Of a stretch of 27,700 nt of DNA, positions 6,977 to 15,380 are shown one piece after another. The translations under genes and the position numbers were made by a program. Location: positions 1 through 27,700 of IMG/VR virus record IMGVR_UViG_3300030012_002303. One strand, 5' to 3'. This DNA is from a virus (lineage: Duplodnaviria > Caudoviricetes). How positions within the stretch are numbered: the first letter of the stretch is position 1; each line of letters starts with the position of its first letter. The notes under the pieces were generated by a model. It made no database searches, had not been told where the DNA came from, and saw nothing but the letters and a program-made list of their open reading frames with translations.

Positions 6977-7407
6977 TGGGTACAAGAGCGGTATATTTTT
7001 TCGAAGATCGCCATGACGATGATCGTTATTACGGTGTCTACAAACATTATGATGGATACCCACAGGGTGCGGCGGCGCACATTGAGGATGCCAAAGACTA
7101 TGCTTGGCCTTTGCCAAGGTGGGAAGCTGATGAGTTTGCGGCGGCGTTTGTTGCCGCAAACAAAAACCCCAAAGGTGGTGAGGTTCGACTGCTACCAAAC
7201 TTTGAGGCCACGTCTATTCCCATGCTGATGGATGATTACCATTGGTGCGACTTCTACTACATCATCAGTTGGGATGATTACGATAAAGAAATGTATGTAA
7301 AGATTTTTGACAACCGCTATGACGATGAGGAAAAACTTCAGTACTGGTGGGAGACTGCCAGCATGAGGCACAGCGAGATGCTACGGACATATTCGGAGGC
7401 AAGCTGA
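6976..7407 (+). CDS. Phage hypothetical protein (MxTR...YxHxDGYP type)
   Basis: MGTRA...YKHYDGYP motif that I recall from many phage early regions; TAATG coupling. Confidence 0.8.
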   Translation: MGTRAVYFFEDRHDDDRYYGVYKHYDGYPQGAAAHIEDAKDYAWPLPRWEADEFAAAFVAANKNPKGGEVRLLPNFEATSIPMLMDDYHWCDFYYIISWDDYDKEMYVKIFDNRYDDEEKLQYWWETASMRHSEMLRTYSEAS

Positions 7408-7712
7408 TGGGCAAACTAAAACAGTTGATGATTGAAGAGATGGACATGGCGAATGAGCATGGTGACCTGATGGGTGACGGCATCATGTTCACCACCCACC
7501 CGACTGACCACATCAAGTGGGGTGATCTAAAAATGTTTATCGACAGATTGGAAAAGTATTACGAACTGCTAGACCGTGAGATTATCGCAGTCAACAGCTA
7601 TCACAATTCTGGCTGGGACTTCATGTCGAACAGTCAGGAAAAGCCACCAGAGAATGGCATTGAAATTCAGTGGAAAGAAAAAGACACAGAATGGAAGGGA
7701 ATGTGGATATGA
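7407..7712 (+). CDS. Hypothetical protein
   Basis: GGAGG RBS, TGATG-coupled start at 7407 (MGKLKQLMIE...). Confidence 0.7.
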   Translation: MGKLKQLMIEEMDMANEHGDLMGDGIMFTTHPTDHIKWGDLKMFIDRLEKYYELLDREIIAVNSYHNSGWDFMSNSQEKPPENGIEIQWKEKDTEWKGMWI

Positions 7713-8122
7713 ATAATCAACAATGGACAGAGTCAACAGGTATGCTGGAACCGCCAATCCTGACGGTAGCGCATCAGTTCTCATTTGAATGGTGGGCAGA
7801 CACTGCCGAAAATATTTGGGTCACTGCACTCGAAGGGGGCAGTAATCACTGGCTGGATGGCATCCACACGAAAGGCAAAGACCTGAAGGTCGGCAAGCAG
7901 ATAATGCAAAACTTTCCGGTGGTAGTTCATCATGGCAGTGATGGTTGGGGTGATGCTGAAAGCGAAGTGGCACATGGTACATCACTGACTATCATCACCA
8001 AGGGCATTCATATGCTGGACTCGTGGCACATCATAAATCACGTTTGTTATGGTGACATCGATGCTGAGATTGCAGACCAGATTATTCAACGTGGTTTATT
8101 TGGGGAGTTGATTTATGTCTGA
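7709..8122 (+). CDS. Hypothetical protein
   Basis: ATGA-coupled start at 7709; ends DIDAEIADQIIQRGLFGELIYV. Confidence 0.75.
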   Translation: MNNQQWTESTGMLEPPILTVAHQFSFEWWADTAENIWVTALEGGSNHWLDGIHTKGKDLKVGKQIMQNFPVVVHHGSDGWGDAESEVAHGTSLTIITKGIHMLDSWHIINHVCYGDIDAEIADQIIQRGLFGELIYV

Positions 8123-8300
8123 CATGATATCTTTTGACTTTACGCTGGACAATATTCTCAGCGTCAAAGCACCGAGGGACACGGATCCAGATACACTGCA
8201 CGAGGCAGTGAGGGACAAGTTGATCACATTAATTCAAGGCAAGCATGAATGCTTCATGTTTGAAGGCACGTTTGAGGAGGACAGCAATGACAGAAGTTGA
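8115..8300 (+). CDS. Hypothetical protein
   Basis: GGGGAG RBS; 61 aa. Confidence 0.65.
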   Translation: MSDMISFDFTLDNILSVKAPRDTDPDTLHEAVRDKLITLIQGKHECFMFEGTFEEDSNDRS

Positions 8301-8556
8301 AAAATCATTTGAGCGCATACAGCGTAGGCGTATGCCGTTGCACTTGGTTGCTGAATCATGGGGCGGTGGCTATGACCTACGGGACACAGAACTGTGCGTG
8401 TTTTATTTTGGTGACGGGCAGTTTGTTCTGCGCCCGAAGACAGTCAGGACAGGAGACTTGGAGCAAGAATGCACAGCCATTCACATGGGTGATCGATTTT
8501 ATCTGGTGTTGGAAGACATCGAAACAATCAACGAATTTTTATTTGGAGTGTATTAA
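8287..8556 (+). CDS. Hypothetical protein
   Basis: GAGGAGG RBS before ATG 8287 (MTEVEKSF...). Confidence 0.65.
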   Translation: MTEVEKSFERIQRRRMPLHLVAESWGGGYDLRDTELCVFYFGDGQFVLRPKTVRTGDLEQECTAIHMGDRFYLVLEDIETINEFLFGVY

Positions 8557-8557
8557 A

Positions 8558-8851
8558 ATGGGCAGACACAAGAAAGTTGAAAACATGACGCAAGAAGAGC
8601 GTATCCAATATTTTGCGGACAAGCGTGAACAGGAGGCCGAACAGCGCAGGCAAAACATTAGTGCGCTGTCGCATGACCAGTTGCAAGCCGTTAAAGATTT
8701 ATACTGGAAGCTGGACAGTGTGTTAGACACAGCAATTTACCCTGACATGGGTGGCATAAGAGCGGTGACTGTGTACGACTTGCATGATTTAGTTGATGCA
8801 AATCACAGGGTAAGGCATGAGTTTAATTTGGATATACGGGAGAACGGATAA
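8558..8851 (+). CDS. Hypothetical protein
   Basis: GGAG RBS before ATG 8558 (MGRHKKVEN...). Confidence 0.7.
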   Translation: MGRHKKVENMTQEERIQYFADKREQEAEQRRQNISALSHDQLQAVKDLYWKLDSVLDTAIYPDMGGIRAVTVYDLHDLVDANHRVRHEFNLDIRENG

Positions 8852-9084
8852 TGGCACATATTAAACACACAGAAGGTGGCACACCATATATTTCAAACGA
8901 TTGGCTCATCGAGGACGTTGAGTCGGTCTGTGAAGATATGCAAGTGACCCTGACCGAAGATGAAAAGGTAGAGGTGTTGCACGTTGTAGCAAACAGCTTT
9001 GATGCCAACTATGGTATCGCATGGGATAACTTTCAATCAGCTATTCAAACTCTCATTGACGATAAGGAAAAAGAAGATGCCTAG
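8851..9084 (+). CDS. Hypothetical acidic protein
   Basis: TAATG coupling; 77 aa. Confidence 0.7.
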   Translation: MAHIKHTEGGTPYISNDWLIEDVESVCEDMQVTLTEDEKVEVLHVVANSFDANYGIAWDNFQSAIQTLIDDKEKEDA

Positions 9085-9490
9085 AGTAATCATTACATGG
9101 GAATGGGAAGATGCCTTCTCAAAGTTCGGGTTCGGTGATGGCGATGGCTGGAACGGAACGCACGAGGTCGAGGGTGAGATTGAAAGCCTTGGCTATGAAG
9201 TCGTGACGGACACATGGGGCTGTCACAATTACATGATCCTTGACATCAAGAAGGACGGCAAGTCCATCCTGTTTCCAGAAGACAAAGAACATGGACACAA
9301 TCTGGATGACTGGTTGCCAGAGGTAGAACAAAGGATCAAGGATCGTGTTCTGAAGATGACGCATGGAGAATGTAAAGACCATGTGCCTGAACCACTGGGC
9401 TACGAAGAGCCACGCAATTATTTGCCGCCCGACATCATCAAACATCTGGACAGTGTCTTTACGGACGACTGGGAAGAGCCGTATGACTGA
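9077..9490 (+). CDS. Hypothetical acidic protein
   Basis: AAGGA RBS before ATG 9077 (MPRVIITWEWEDAFSKFGFGDGDG...). Confidence 0.7.
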   Translation: MPRVIITWEWEDAFSKFGFGDGDGWNGTHEVEGEIESLGYEVVTDTWGCHNYMILDIKKDGKSILFPEDKEHGHNLDDWLPEVEQRIKDRVLKMTHGECKDHVPEPLGYEEPRNYLPPDIIKHLDSVFTDDWEEPYD

Positions 9491-9665
9491 TTATTATTGC
9501 ACAGAGTGTACCGCCCAGGCGATAGTAGTAGAGCAGGGGCGGTACTACTGCCCGAAGTGTTGGTTCAAACTGTTTACGAAAGTGTATGACAATGACAAAA
9601 TTAAAGACCGTAAGTTCGGGGTCAAAGAAAAATCAAAGGTACTACAGGGTCGGTATAATCGTTGA
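9483..9665 (+). CDS. Small zinc-ribbon protein
   Basis: CTEC...CPKC. Confidence 0.5.
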   Translation: MTDYYCTECTAQAIVVEQGRYYCPKCWFKLFTKVYDNDKIKDRKFGVKEKSKVLQGRYNR

Positions 9666-9816
9666 GTTCTACAAAGACCAGTTCGTCAAAGCCGTGGACG
9701 AAGAAGAAGCCAAAGAGTTAGCAGAGAACAGGTTGCGTAGGCGCACGGGTCTGATGAACAGTTTGGGTTTTTCGATAGGTGATCTTGAAATTATAGACAC
9801 AGAGGAAAAGTCATGA
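9586..9816 (+). CDS. Hypothetical protein
   Basis: 76 aa with a VKAVDEEEAKELA motif typical of small phage proteins. Confidence 0.65.
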   Translation: MTMTKLKTVSSGSKKNQRYYRVGIIVEFYKDQFVKAVDEEEAKELAENRLRRRTGLMNSLGFSIGDLEIIDTEEKS

Positions 9817-10070
9817 AGATACAGGATGAAAAGCTGGCTGAAGCCGCGTCTGAAATTATCAGCGACACCATTACCACACTCTGTGAGTTGGAAGTGGATC
9901 AGGATTACGCTGCCTATTTGTTGCTGTCCGCAGGCATGTGTCTGGCTATCACGGGCAACAGGAAAAGCCCCGTCATAGCTACTCAGATTCTGGCGGCGGC
10001 GATGATGGTTGCTAATCAAAACATTATTGGGAAAGAGGAGGAAGAGGATAATGAACCAAGATACCATTGA
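9813..10070 (+). CDS. Hypothetical helical protein
   Basis: GAGGA RBS, ATGA coupling. Confidence 0.7.
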   Translation: MKIQDEKLAEAASEIISDTITTLCELEVDQDYAAYLLLSAGMCLAITGNRKSPVIATQILAAAMMVANQNIIGKEEEEDNEPRYH

Positions 10071-10416
10071 TGATATGCAAATGCCGTTGGACGCAGGCCG
10101 TTGTCCCAAGTGTTCCGGTAATTTGTCTCTTAACAAGATGGATGGAAGGATTGCTTGTCCAATATGTGGGCTTGAGATTGTTGACAGTTGGATGATATCT
10201 GATAGGATAACAGATAGTAACGAGGAGTCTGATATGGAAACACATCTGATGCCAGATGAAGTCACAATCGCATCCAAAGAACCGAGGATGAAGTGGCAAG
10301 AAGCGGTGACCACTGTCGATAATGTCATACAAGAGTGGCTGATTGATCACGATGGTCAGAGCGAAGAACATGTGACTAATGTTCTTGCCGCATGGCATAG
10401 AATTTTACAGGGCTAA
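10051..10416 (+). CDS. Zinc-ribbon protein
   Basis: GAGGA RBS before ATG 10051; CPKC...CPIC. Confidence 0.65.
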   Translation: MNQDTIDDMQMPLDAGRCPKCSGNLSLNKMDGRIACPICGLEIVDSWMISDRITDSNEESDMETHLMPDEVTIASKEPRMKWQEAVTTVDNVIQEWLIDHDGQSEEHVTNVLAAWHRILQG

Positions 10417-10418
10417 TT

Positions 10419-10658
10419 ATGTCAAAAGATAATGTGGTTTATCTGCACAGTAAACTTGTGTTCAAAAAAGACCCCGTGCCTACGGTGTGTGAGGTCGCAG
10501 GACAGATGTTGAAGGACGTAGTTATTTTGGGCGAAGCAGAGGACGGGACAATCAAGATGATGACTACCCAACCTGACCCTGCCGAGATTATATATTACCT
10601 TGAGAATGCTAAGTATGCGATTCTCGCTGGAGGAATGGATGATGACGAAGGAAATTAA
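10419..10658 (+). CDS. Hypothetical protein
   Basis: 79-aa ORF continuing the operon. Confidence 0.65.
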   Translation: MSKDNVVYLHSKLVFKKDPVPTVCEVAGQMLKDVVILGEAEDGTIKMMTTQPDPAEIIYYLENAKYAILAGGMDDDEGN

Positions 10659-10845
10659 AGAGGAGATGTCGCCTGAGACACAGCAAATGTTTGATGTATG
10701 TGATCAGTACTGCGACGGAAAAATAAATTTAGAACAAGCGATAAAGAAATATCGTGAGTTTATTCCATCGGCAGATGACGAAGAACTTGAGATCCTTTTG
10801 ACAGGTTTTCATAGAGACAATGTTGTTAAACTGCCGAGGCCGTAA
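10642..10845 (+). CDS. Hypothetical protein
   Basis: GGAGG RBS; MTKEIKEEMSP...NVVKLPRP; abuts the helicase start. Confidence 0.6.
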   Translation: MTKEIKEEMSPETQQMFDVCDQYCDGKINLEQAIKKYREFIPSADDEELEILLTGFHRDNVVKLPRP

Positions 10846-12303
10846 ATGTTTAGATACAAAACGAAGCCGTATGAGCATCAACGGGTTGCCCTTGAGAAAT
10901 CATACAACAAGAAGAACTTCGGATACTTTATGGAGATGGGCTGTGGTAAATCAAAAGTTTTACTCGACAACATTACATGGTTATACGACAACAAGCTCAT
11001 CGACACAGCAGTCATTGTTGCACCGAAGGGTGTCTATCGAAACTGGCAGGTATCAGAAATACCAACTCATCTACCAGAAGACATTGACCCTGAGATATAT
11101 GTGTGGAGTGCGAACCCTAACAAGGCTCAAAGAGAACGTCTATCCGAAGGGGTTGAGAAGCGTGATAAGTTCCGCATCTTGCTGGTCAACGTGGAAGGAT
11201 TTGGAGCGTCGAAGAAGGTCTCTCAATATGTGGATCTCTTTACACGCGGCTCGACTTTCTTACTTGCGGTCGATGAGAGCACAACTATTAAGAACCCCAA
11301 GGCCAAGCGGACTAAAGCTTTGGTTAAGTTTGGTCAGAGTGCAGCGTACAAACGTATTCTTACCGGATCGCCCGTTACTAAATCGCCTATGGATCTCTAC
11401 GCACAATGCGGATTCATGGACAAAAGACTGCTCGGCTTCGATAGTTACTATGCCTTCCAAGGTAGGTACGCTATCACACGGACTCAGCGCATGGGTTCGC
11501 ACAGCTTTCAGCAGATTGTGGGCTACCGTATGCTAGAAGAATTGTCGGATAAGCTGGCAGGTTTTTCTTATCGTGTGACCAAGGATGAAGCACTTGACTT
11601 GCCAGATAAGATTTACACCACCCGTGAAGTTTACTGCACAAAAGAACAGATACAGTACTATCACTCCATCAAGACAGCGGCTATTGCTTTGCTTGATGAT
11701 GGACAACTAGTCTCTGCGCCAGCAGTCATGACACAACTACTACGGTTACAGCAGGTGCTGTGTGGTCATCTGATGACAGACGATGGCGAACTGGTAGAGT
11801 TCCCGACCAAGCGCATTGATGCCCTGCTCGACACAGTTGAGGAGATGTCGGGTAAGGTTATCATCTGGTCTCGGTTCCGATACGACATACGAAAGATAGC
11901 AGTCGTGTTGGAGTCAAAGTACGGCCCAGGATCTACGGTCAATTACTTCGGTGATACGTCTGATGCTGACAGACAAGAAGCCATCAAGCAGTTTCAGTTC
12001 GGAGATGCAAGGTTCTTCGTTGCCAACCCACAGACAGCAGGCTATGGCCTGACGCTGACGGCTGCAACAAATGTGATCTACTATGCCAATGACTTTAATC
12101 TTGAGACACGGGTTCAGTCTGAGGATCGGGCGCATCGGATTGGTCAGCATCATCCAGTGACGTATGTAGACCTGATGACAAAGGGCACGGTTGATGTTCA
12201 CATTGTAAAGTCTCTTCGGAACAAGATTGATCTATCAGCGAAGACGTTGGGTGAAGAAGCCCGTCAATGGTTGGAACTTGACCCCCGCCGTGGTGACGAT
12301 TAG
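10846..12303 (+). CDS. SNF2-family (SF2) helicase
   Basis: MEMGCGKS, VDESTTIKNP, LTGSP, GYGLTLTAA, QSEDRAHRIGQ. Confidence 0.93.
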   Translation: MFRYKTKPYEHQRVALEKSYNKKNFGYFMEMGCGKSKVLLDNITWLYDNKLIDTAVIVAPKGVYRNWQVSEIPTHLPEDIDPEIYVWSANPNKAQRERLSEGVEKRDKFRILLVNVEGFGASKKVSQYVDLFTRGSTFLLAVDESTTIKNPKAKRTKALVKFGQSAAYKRILTGSPVTKSPMDLYAQCGFMDKRLLGFDSYYAFQGRYAITRTQRMGSHSFQQIVGYRMLEELSDKLAGFSYRVTKDEALDLPDKIYTTREVYCTKEQIQYYHSIKTAAIALLDDGQLVSAPAVMTQLLRLQQVLCGHLMTDDGELVEFPTKRIDALLDTVEEMSGKVIIWSRFRYDIRKIAVVLESKYGPGSTVNYFGDTSDADRQEAIKQFQFGDARFFVANPQTAGYGLTLTAATNVIYYANDFNLETRVQSEDRAHRIGQHHPVTYVDLMTKGTVDVHIVKSLRNKIDLSAKTLGEEARQWLELDPRRGDD

Positions 12304-12646
12304 ATGCCTGTTGCGCGGCATACTTTACAGAGTTGTTATCTGGTGAGCGAGATAGCTGGTACGGATACAACGCACAGGACCCAGTTTCGAGGTCCACATA
12401 CAAAAGACGGACACCCAGTTTCTTTTGGATGTCCGACAACAGGCGAGAGATTATTGAGCCGTTCTTTCTACGGCCCACAGTCTTCACGTCAAACAACAAG
12501 AGTTCACCTTTCGGGGTGAGAGCGATGAGGTCTATCGGACCTTGTTCAATGAAGGGAGTGTATACATAGCAGTTTTGGGACATCAACCAAGAGGCGGCGA
12601 TGAGTTCAGATCTTTTACCATCACGAACCTGATGTGCTGGTCTCAT
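12095..12646 (-). CDS. PD-(D/E)xK endonuclease-like protein
   Basis: GKRSELIA...PIDLIA...LFDVKT. Likely start is ATG 12646. The C-terminal tail overlaps the helicase antisense. Confidence 0.7.
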   Translation of the reverse strand: MRPAHQVRDGKRSELIAASWLMSQNCYVYTPFIEQGPIDLIALTPKGELLLFDVKTVGRRKNGSIISRLLSDIQKKLGVRLLYVDLETGSCALYPYQLSRSPDNNSVKYAAQQASNRHHGGGQVPTIDGLLHPTSSLIDQSCSEETLQCEHQPCPLSSGLHTSLDDADQSDAPDPQTEPVSQD

Positions 12647-12653
12647 TTTTCCC

Positions 12654-12683
12654 TTGACCCCCCGATCAAATATGAGATACACT
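12654..12683 (+). promoter_or_regulatory. Sigma70 promoter upstream of the RHH gene
   Basis: TTGACC-18 bp-TACACT. Confidence 0.55.
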
Positions 12684-12717
12684 AACACGGTAACATAGAA
12701 AGTATGAGGTAACAAAC

Positions 12718-12864
12718 ATGGACACCACGAAGTGGAAATCAGTAGCAGTGAACATTGACGTTTACAAAATTCTGAAGACACGAGCAGAGAAGAACGACAG
12801 GAGCGTCAGTGGTGAACTGGCTCACATTGTCAAGACAGCAACGTCTCAGGAAAAAGCTGCCTAG
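12718..12864 (+). CDS. Arc/ribbon-helix-helix DNA-binding protein (48 aa, not in ORF track)
   Basis: GAGGT RBS; MDTTKWKSVAVNIDVYKILKTRAEKNDRSVSGELAHIVKTATSQEKAA has the beta-strand / helix / RS-x-S / helix RHH pattern. Confidence 0.8.
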   Translation: MDTTKWKSVAVNIDVYKILKTRAEKNDRSVSGELAHIVKTATSQEKAA

Positions 12865-12957
12865 ATATTATAGCTGCTCACTATGGTTAAACTTAATGGC
12901 CCTTGAGCAAGGCACTATGGCCCCGACAAACGGACAAGGGGCAAGGAGGATCGAAGA

Positions 12958-13866
12958 ATGCAACAGATTGCATCTCTTATATCAAAACAACGTCAACTCA
13001 GTGCAGACATGGAGACTGATGAACAGGTATCTGTTCTGCAATCGTTGATAAAAAAACCACCTCAAAATTCAAGAGTCGTACAGATATCGCCAGAACTGGC
13101 AATGTATATTCTTGAGAACTTGAATGTGGGTAATCGAACACAAAAGGTACGTTCGATAAAACTTTACTCTCGTGACATGGCAAACAACAACTGGTCTTTA
13201 ACTGGTCAGCCCATCGTGTTTGGAAATCATGGCTATCTTCTAGATGGTCAGAACAGACTGGCGGGTTGTGTTCGTGCAGGAGTGCCGTTCACCAGTCACG
13301 CTGTGTTTGGTGTAGATCCTTCAAGCTTTGTGCATTTTGACATTGGCAAGAATCGTTCAGCGGCAGATGTATTCACGATTATGGGTATCAAGTACCCTCG
13401 TGAGACAGGCTTTGCAGTTCGGATGCTGTATGCGTGGAGTCGAGGCTTACCAGAAGCCAGAGGCATTGCTTTGAACAACGATGATCTTCGCACCATGTAT
13501 AATAAAATGGACACGGATCTTTTGGAACTTGCCATTAAGTTTTCAAAGAAAGCGAATCAAACGACAAGCTATCCTGTTTCTTCTTTAACATCTCTGTTTT
13601 ACACAGCCGCAAGGAAGGGTGACTTAGACTTGGCTAAAAAGTTTATGGAAGATTTGTCACAAGGCTTTGGCAAAGGGCCTCGTTCACCAATCAGATTACT
13701 GTTGGAAACAATTATTCGACTGAAAATGGACAAGACTGTGCCGCTCACGATGTTTATGTACAACATACTTTTAATTCGTACTTGGAACAACTACAAGCTA
13801 GGCAAAGCCAGCATGAAGAAAGACATGCAGTTCAATAAAAACGATGTCTTGCCAGACGTGTATTAA
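12958..13866 (+). CDS. ParB/Srx-like N-terminal domain protein
   Basis: NRTQK...YSRDM...W...PIVF...LLDGQNRL (DGQHR-like); AAGGAGG RBS. Confidence 0.7.
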   Translation: MQQIASLISKQRQLSADMETDEQVSVLQSLIKKPPQNSRVVQISPELAMYILENLNVGNRTQKVRSIKLYSRDMANNNWSLTGQPIVFGNHGYLLDGQNRLAGCVRAGVPFTSHAVFGVDPSSFVHFDIGKNRSAADVFTIMGIKYPRETGFAVRMLYAWSRGLPEARGIALNNDDLRTMYNKMDTDLLELAIKFSKKANQTTSYPVSSLTSLFYTAARKGDLDLAKKFMEDLSQGFGKGPRSPIRLLLETIIRLKMDKTVPLTMFMYNILLIRTWNNYKLGKASMKKDMQFNKNDVLPDVY

Positions 13867-13870
13867 CAAC

Positions 13871-13901
13871 TTGACATACCTCTGGGGAGTGGGTTTATAC
13901 T
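13871..13901 (+). promoter_or_regulatory. Possible promoter for replication genes
   Basis: TTGACA with TATACT at a non-optimal 19-bp spacing. Confidence 0.35.
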
Positions 13902-13957
13902 CTCCGTCACACCCGAAGGGGTAAAACTTAAACGTAGGAAGTACAGGAGATTGTACG

Positions 13958-14521
13958 ATGAGCGATGTGTTTTCGCTATTTGATGAGGAAGTCAATGCCT
14001 CTAAGTTTGACAAAGTAGACGGAGAGAAGGGCAGTACCCTGTCCAATCTCATCCGTCAATCAATGGAGGTGGATCAGAAGATTGCAGAAGCAGAGCAATA
14101 TCTGAAAGACCTTAAATTCCACAAACGCAAAGTGAATGAAGAAGACATCCCGAACCTGATGCAGGAGATGGGCATGGACTCTGTTACGGTCGATGGCAAC
14201 AAGGTTGCTTTACGGCAGTTTGTTCATGCGCGTATCGCCGACGACAAGAAGGACGAAGCGTTTACATGGCTACGTTCTATTGGCGAAGGAGACATTATCA
14301 AGAATGATGTAACTGTTTCGTTCAAGTCTGGCGAAGACAATATGGCTGGGGCTGTCGTCGATGACCTCCGCACTAAAGGTCTGGAACCCGCACAAAAAAC
14401 TCACGTTCATCCGCAGACGCTAAAGGCGTGGGTAAAAAACCGCATCGAGAGTGGTGGCGAAATAGACTTCGACACGTTCGGTGTATTTGTTGGAACTGAA
14501 GCTAAAATATCAAGGAGCTAA
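13958..14521 (+). CDS. Hypothetical protein of the replication module
   Basis: AGGAG RBS; N-terminal coiled coil; VHPQTLKAWVK motif; adjacent to SSB. Confidence 0.75.
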   Translation: MSDVFSLFDEEVNASKFDKVDGEKGSTLSNLIRQSMEVDQKIAEAEQYLKDLKFHKRKVNEEDIPNLMQEMGMDSVTVDGNKVALRQFVHARIADDKKDEAFTWLRSIGEGDIIKNDVTVSFKSGEDNMAGAVVDDLRTKGLEPAQKTHVHPQTLKAWVKNRIESGGEIDFDTFGVFVGTEAKISRS

Positions 14522-14523
14522 AG

Positions 14524-15321
14524 ATGGCTGAAGCAGCAGTAGTAAAAAAAGAAAGCACAGCAGTTGCTAATATCATGGACGATCTGTACGAAGCGGCAGG
14601 GCAGGGCATGGAAACCATTAGTGCAGATGATATGCAGATTCCGTTCTTGCGGATTCTCCAGCCTCTGTCACCACAGTTAATAAAGACTGACCCGAAGTTT
14701 ATCAAAGGCGCATCCGCTGGTGATATCTTCAACACCGTAACTGGTGAGTTCTGGGAAGCTGACGAAGGTGTGAACGTATTGATGTGCGCGTACACCACGA
14801 AGTTTCTGGAGTTTCAGTTGCGTGAGAACGGTGGTGGATTTATGGGTGAGTTGGATGCCAACAACCCAGACATTCGCCAGACCAACCGTGTCGGTTCAAA
14901 TGAAATGCTGCCGAACGGCAACGAACTTGTTCGCTCTGCACAGTTCCTTGTGCTTGCGTACAATGCTGACGGCATGACCGCGCAAATGATTTGTGACATG
15001 AAGAAGACACAGATGAAGATTGCAAAGCAGTGGAATACCCGTCGCGCTGGTCTAAAGATCATGCACCCAACCAAGGGCCTGTTCAACCCACCTATGTGGG
15101 CAGTGCCGTGGAAGCTGACCTCGATTCAAGAGTCCAACGACAAAGGTTCGTGGTTCGGCTACCAAGTTCAGCAGCTAGAGATGGAGTCCGTGCCTATGCC
15201 TGCGTTGCAAGAGGCAAAGCAATTGTATCTCTCTTACAGAGCGGGTGAGATTAAGATGAGTACAGGTGAAGACAGTCAGACCGACACGGTCACAACTGAC
15301 GACACAGACGTACCGTTTTAA
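14524..15321 (+). CDS. Putative single-stranded DNA-binding protein
   Basis: Acidic tail TDDTDVPF, ESNDKGSWF motif, and position before the primase. Confidence 0.7.
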   Translation: MAEAAVVKKESTAVANIMDDLYEAAGQGMETISADDMQIPFLRILQPLSPQLIKTDPKFIKGASAGDIFNTVTGEFWEADEGVNVLMCAYTTKFLEFQLRENGGGFMGELDANNPDIRQTNRVGSNEMLPNGNELVRSAQFLVLAYNADGMTAQMICDMKKTQMKIAKQWNTRRAGLKIMHPTKGLFNPPMWAVPWKLTSIQESNDKGSWFGYQVQQLEMESVPMPALQEAKQLYLSYRAGEIKMSTGEDSQTDTVTTDDTDVPF

Positions 15322-15327
15322 CCAGTT

Positions 15328-15366
15328 GGGGGCAGGGCCGATGACACCTTGCCCCCTTCCTCTCTT
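15328..15366 (+). terminator. Hairpin / putative leaky terminator after SSB
   Basis: GGGGGCAGGG-9 nt-CCTTGCCCCC followed by TTCCTCTCTT. Confidence 0.5.
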
Positions 15367-15380
15367 GCCCGGAGCAACTT

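Noticed and set aside
10820-11536. 238-aa alternative-frame ORF over the helicase
   Set aside because: It overlaps the well-supported SNF2 gene out of frame and has atypical composition.
12958-13866. Dnd phosphorothioation or ParABS partition system
   Set aside because: Only a lone DGQNR/ParB-like gene is present; no dnd genes or ParA ATPase in the window.
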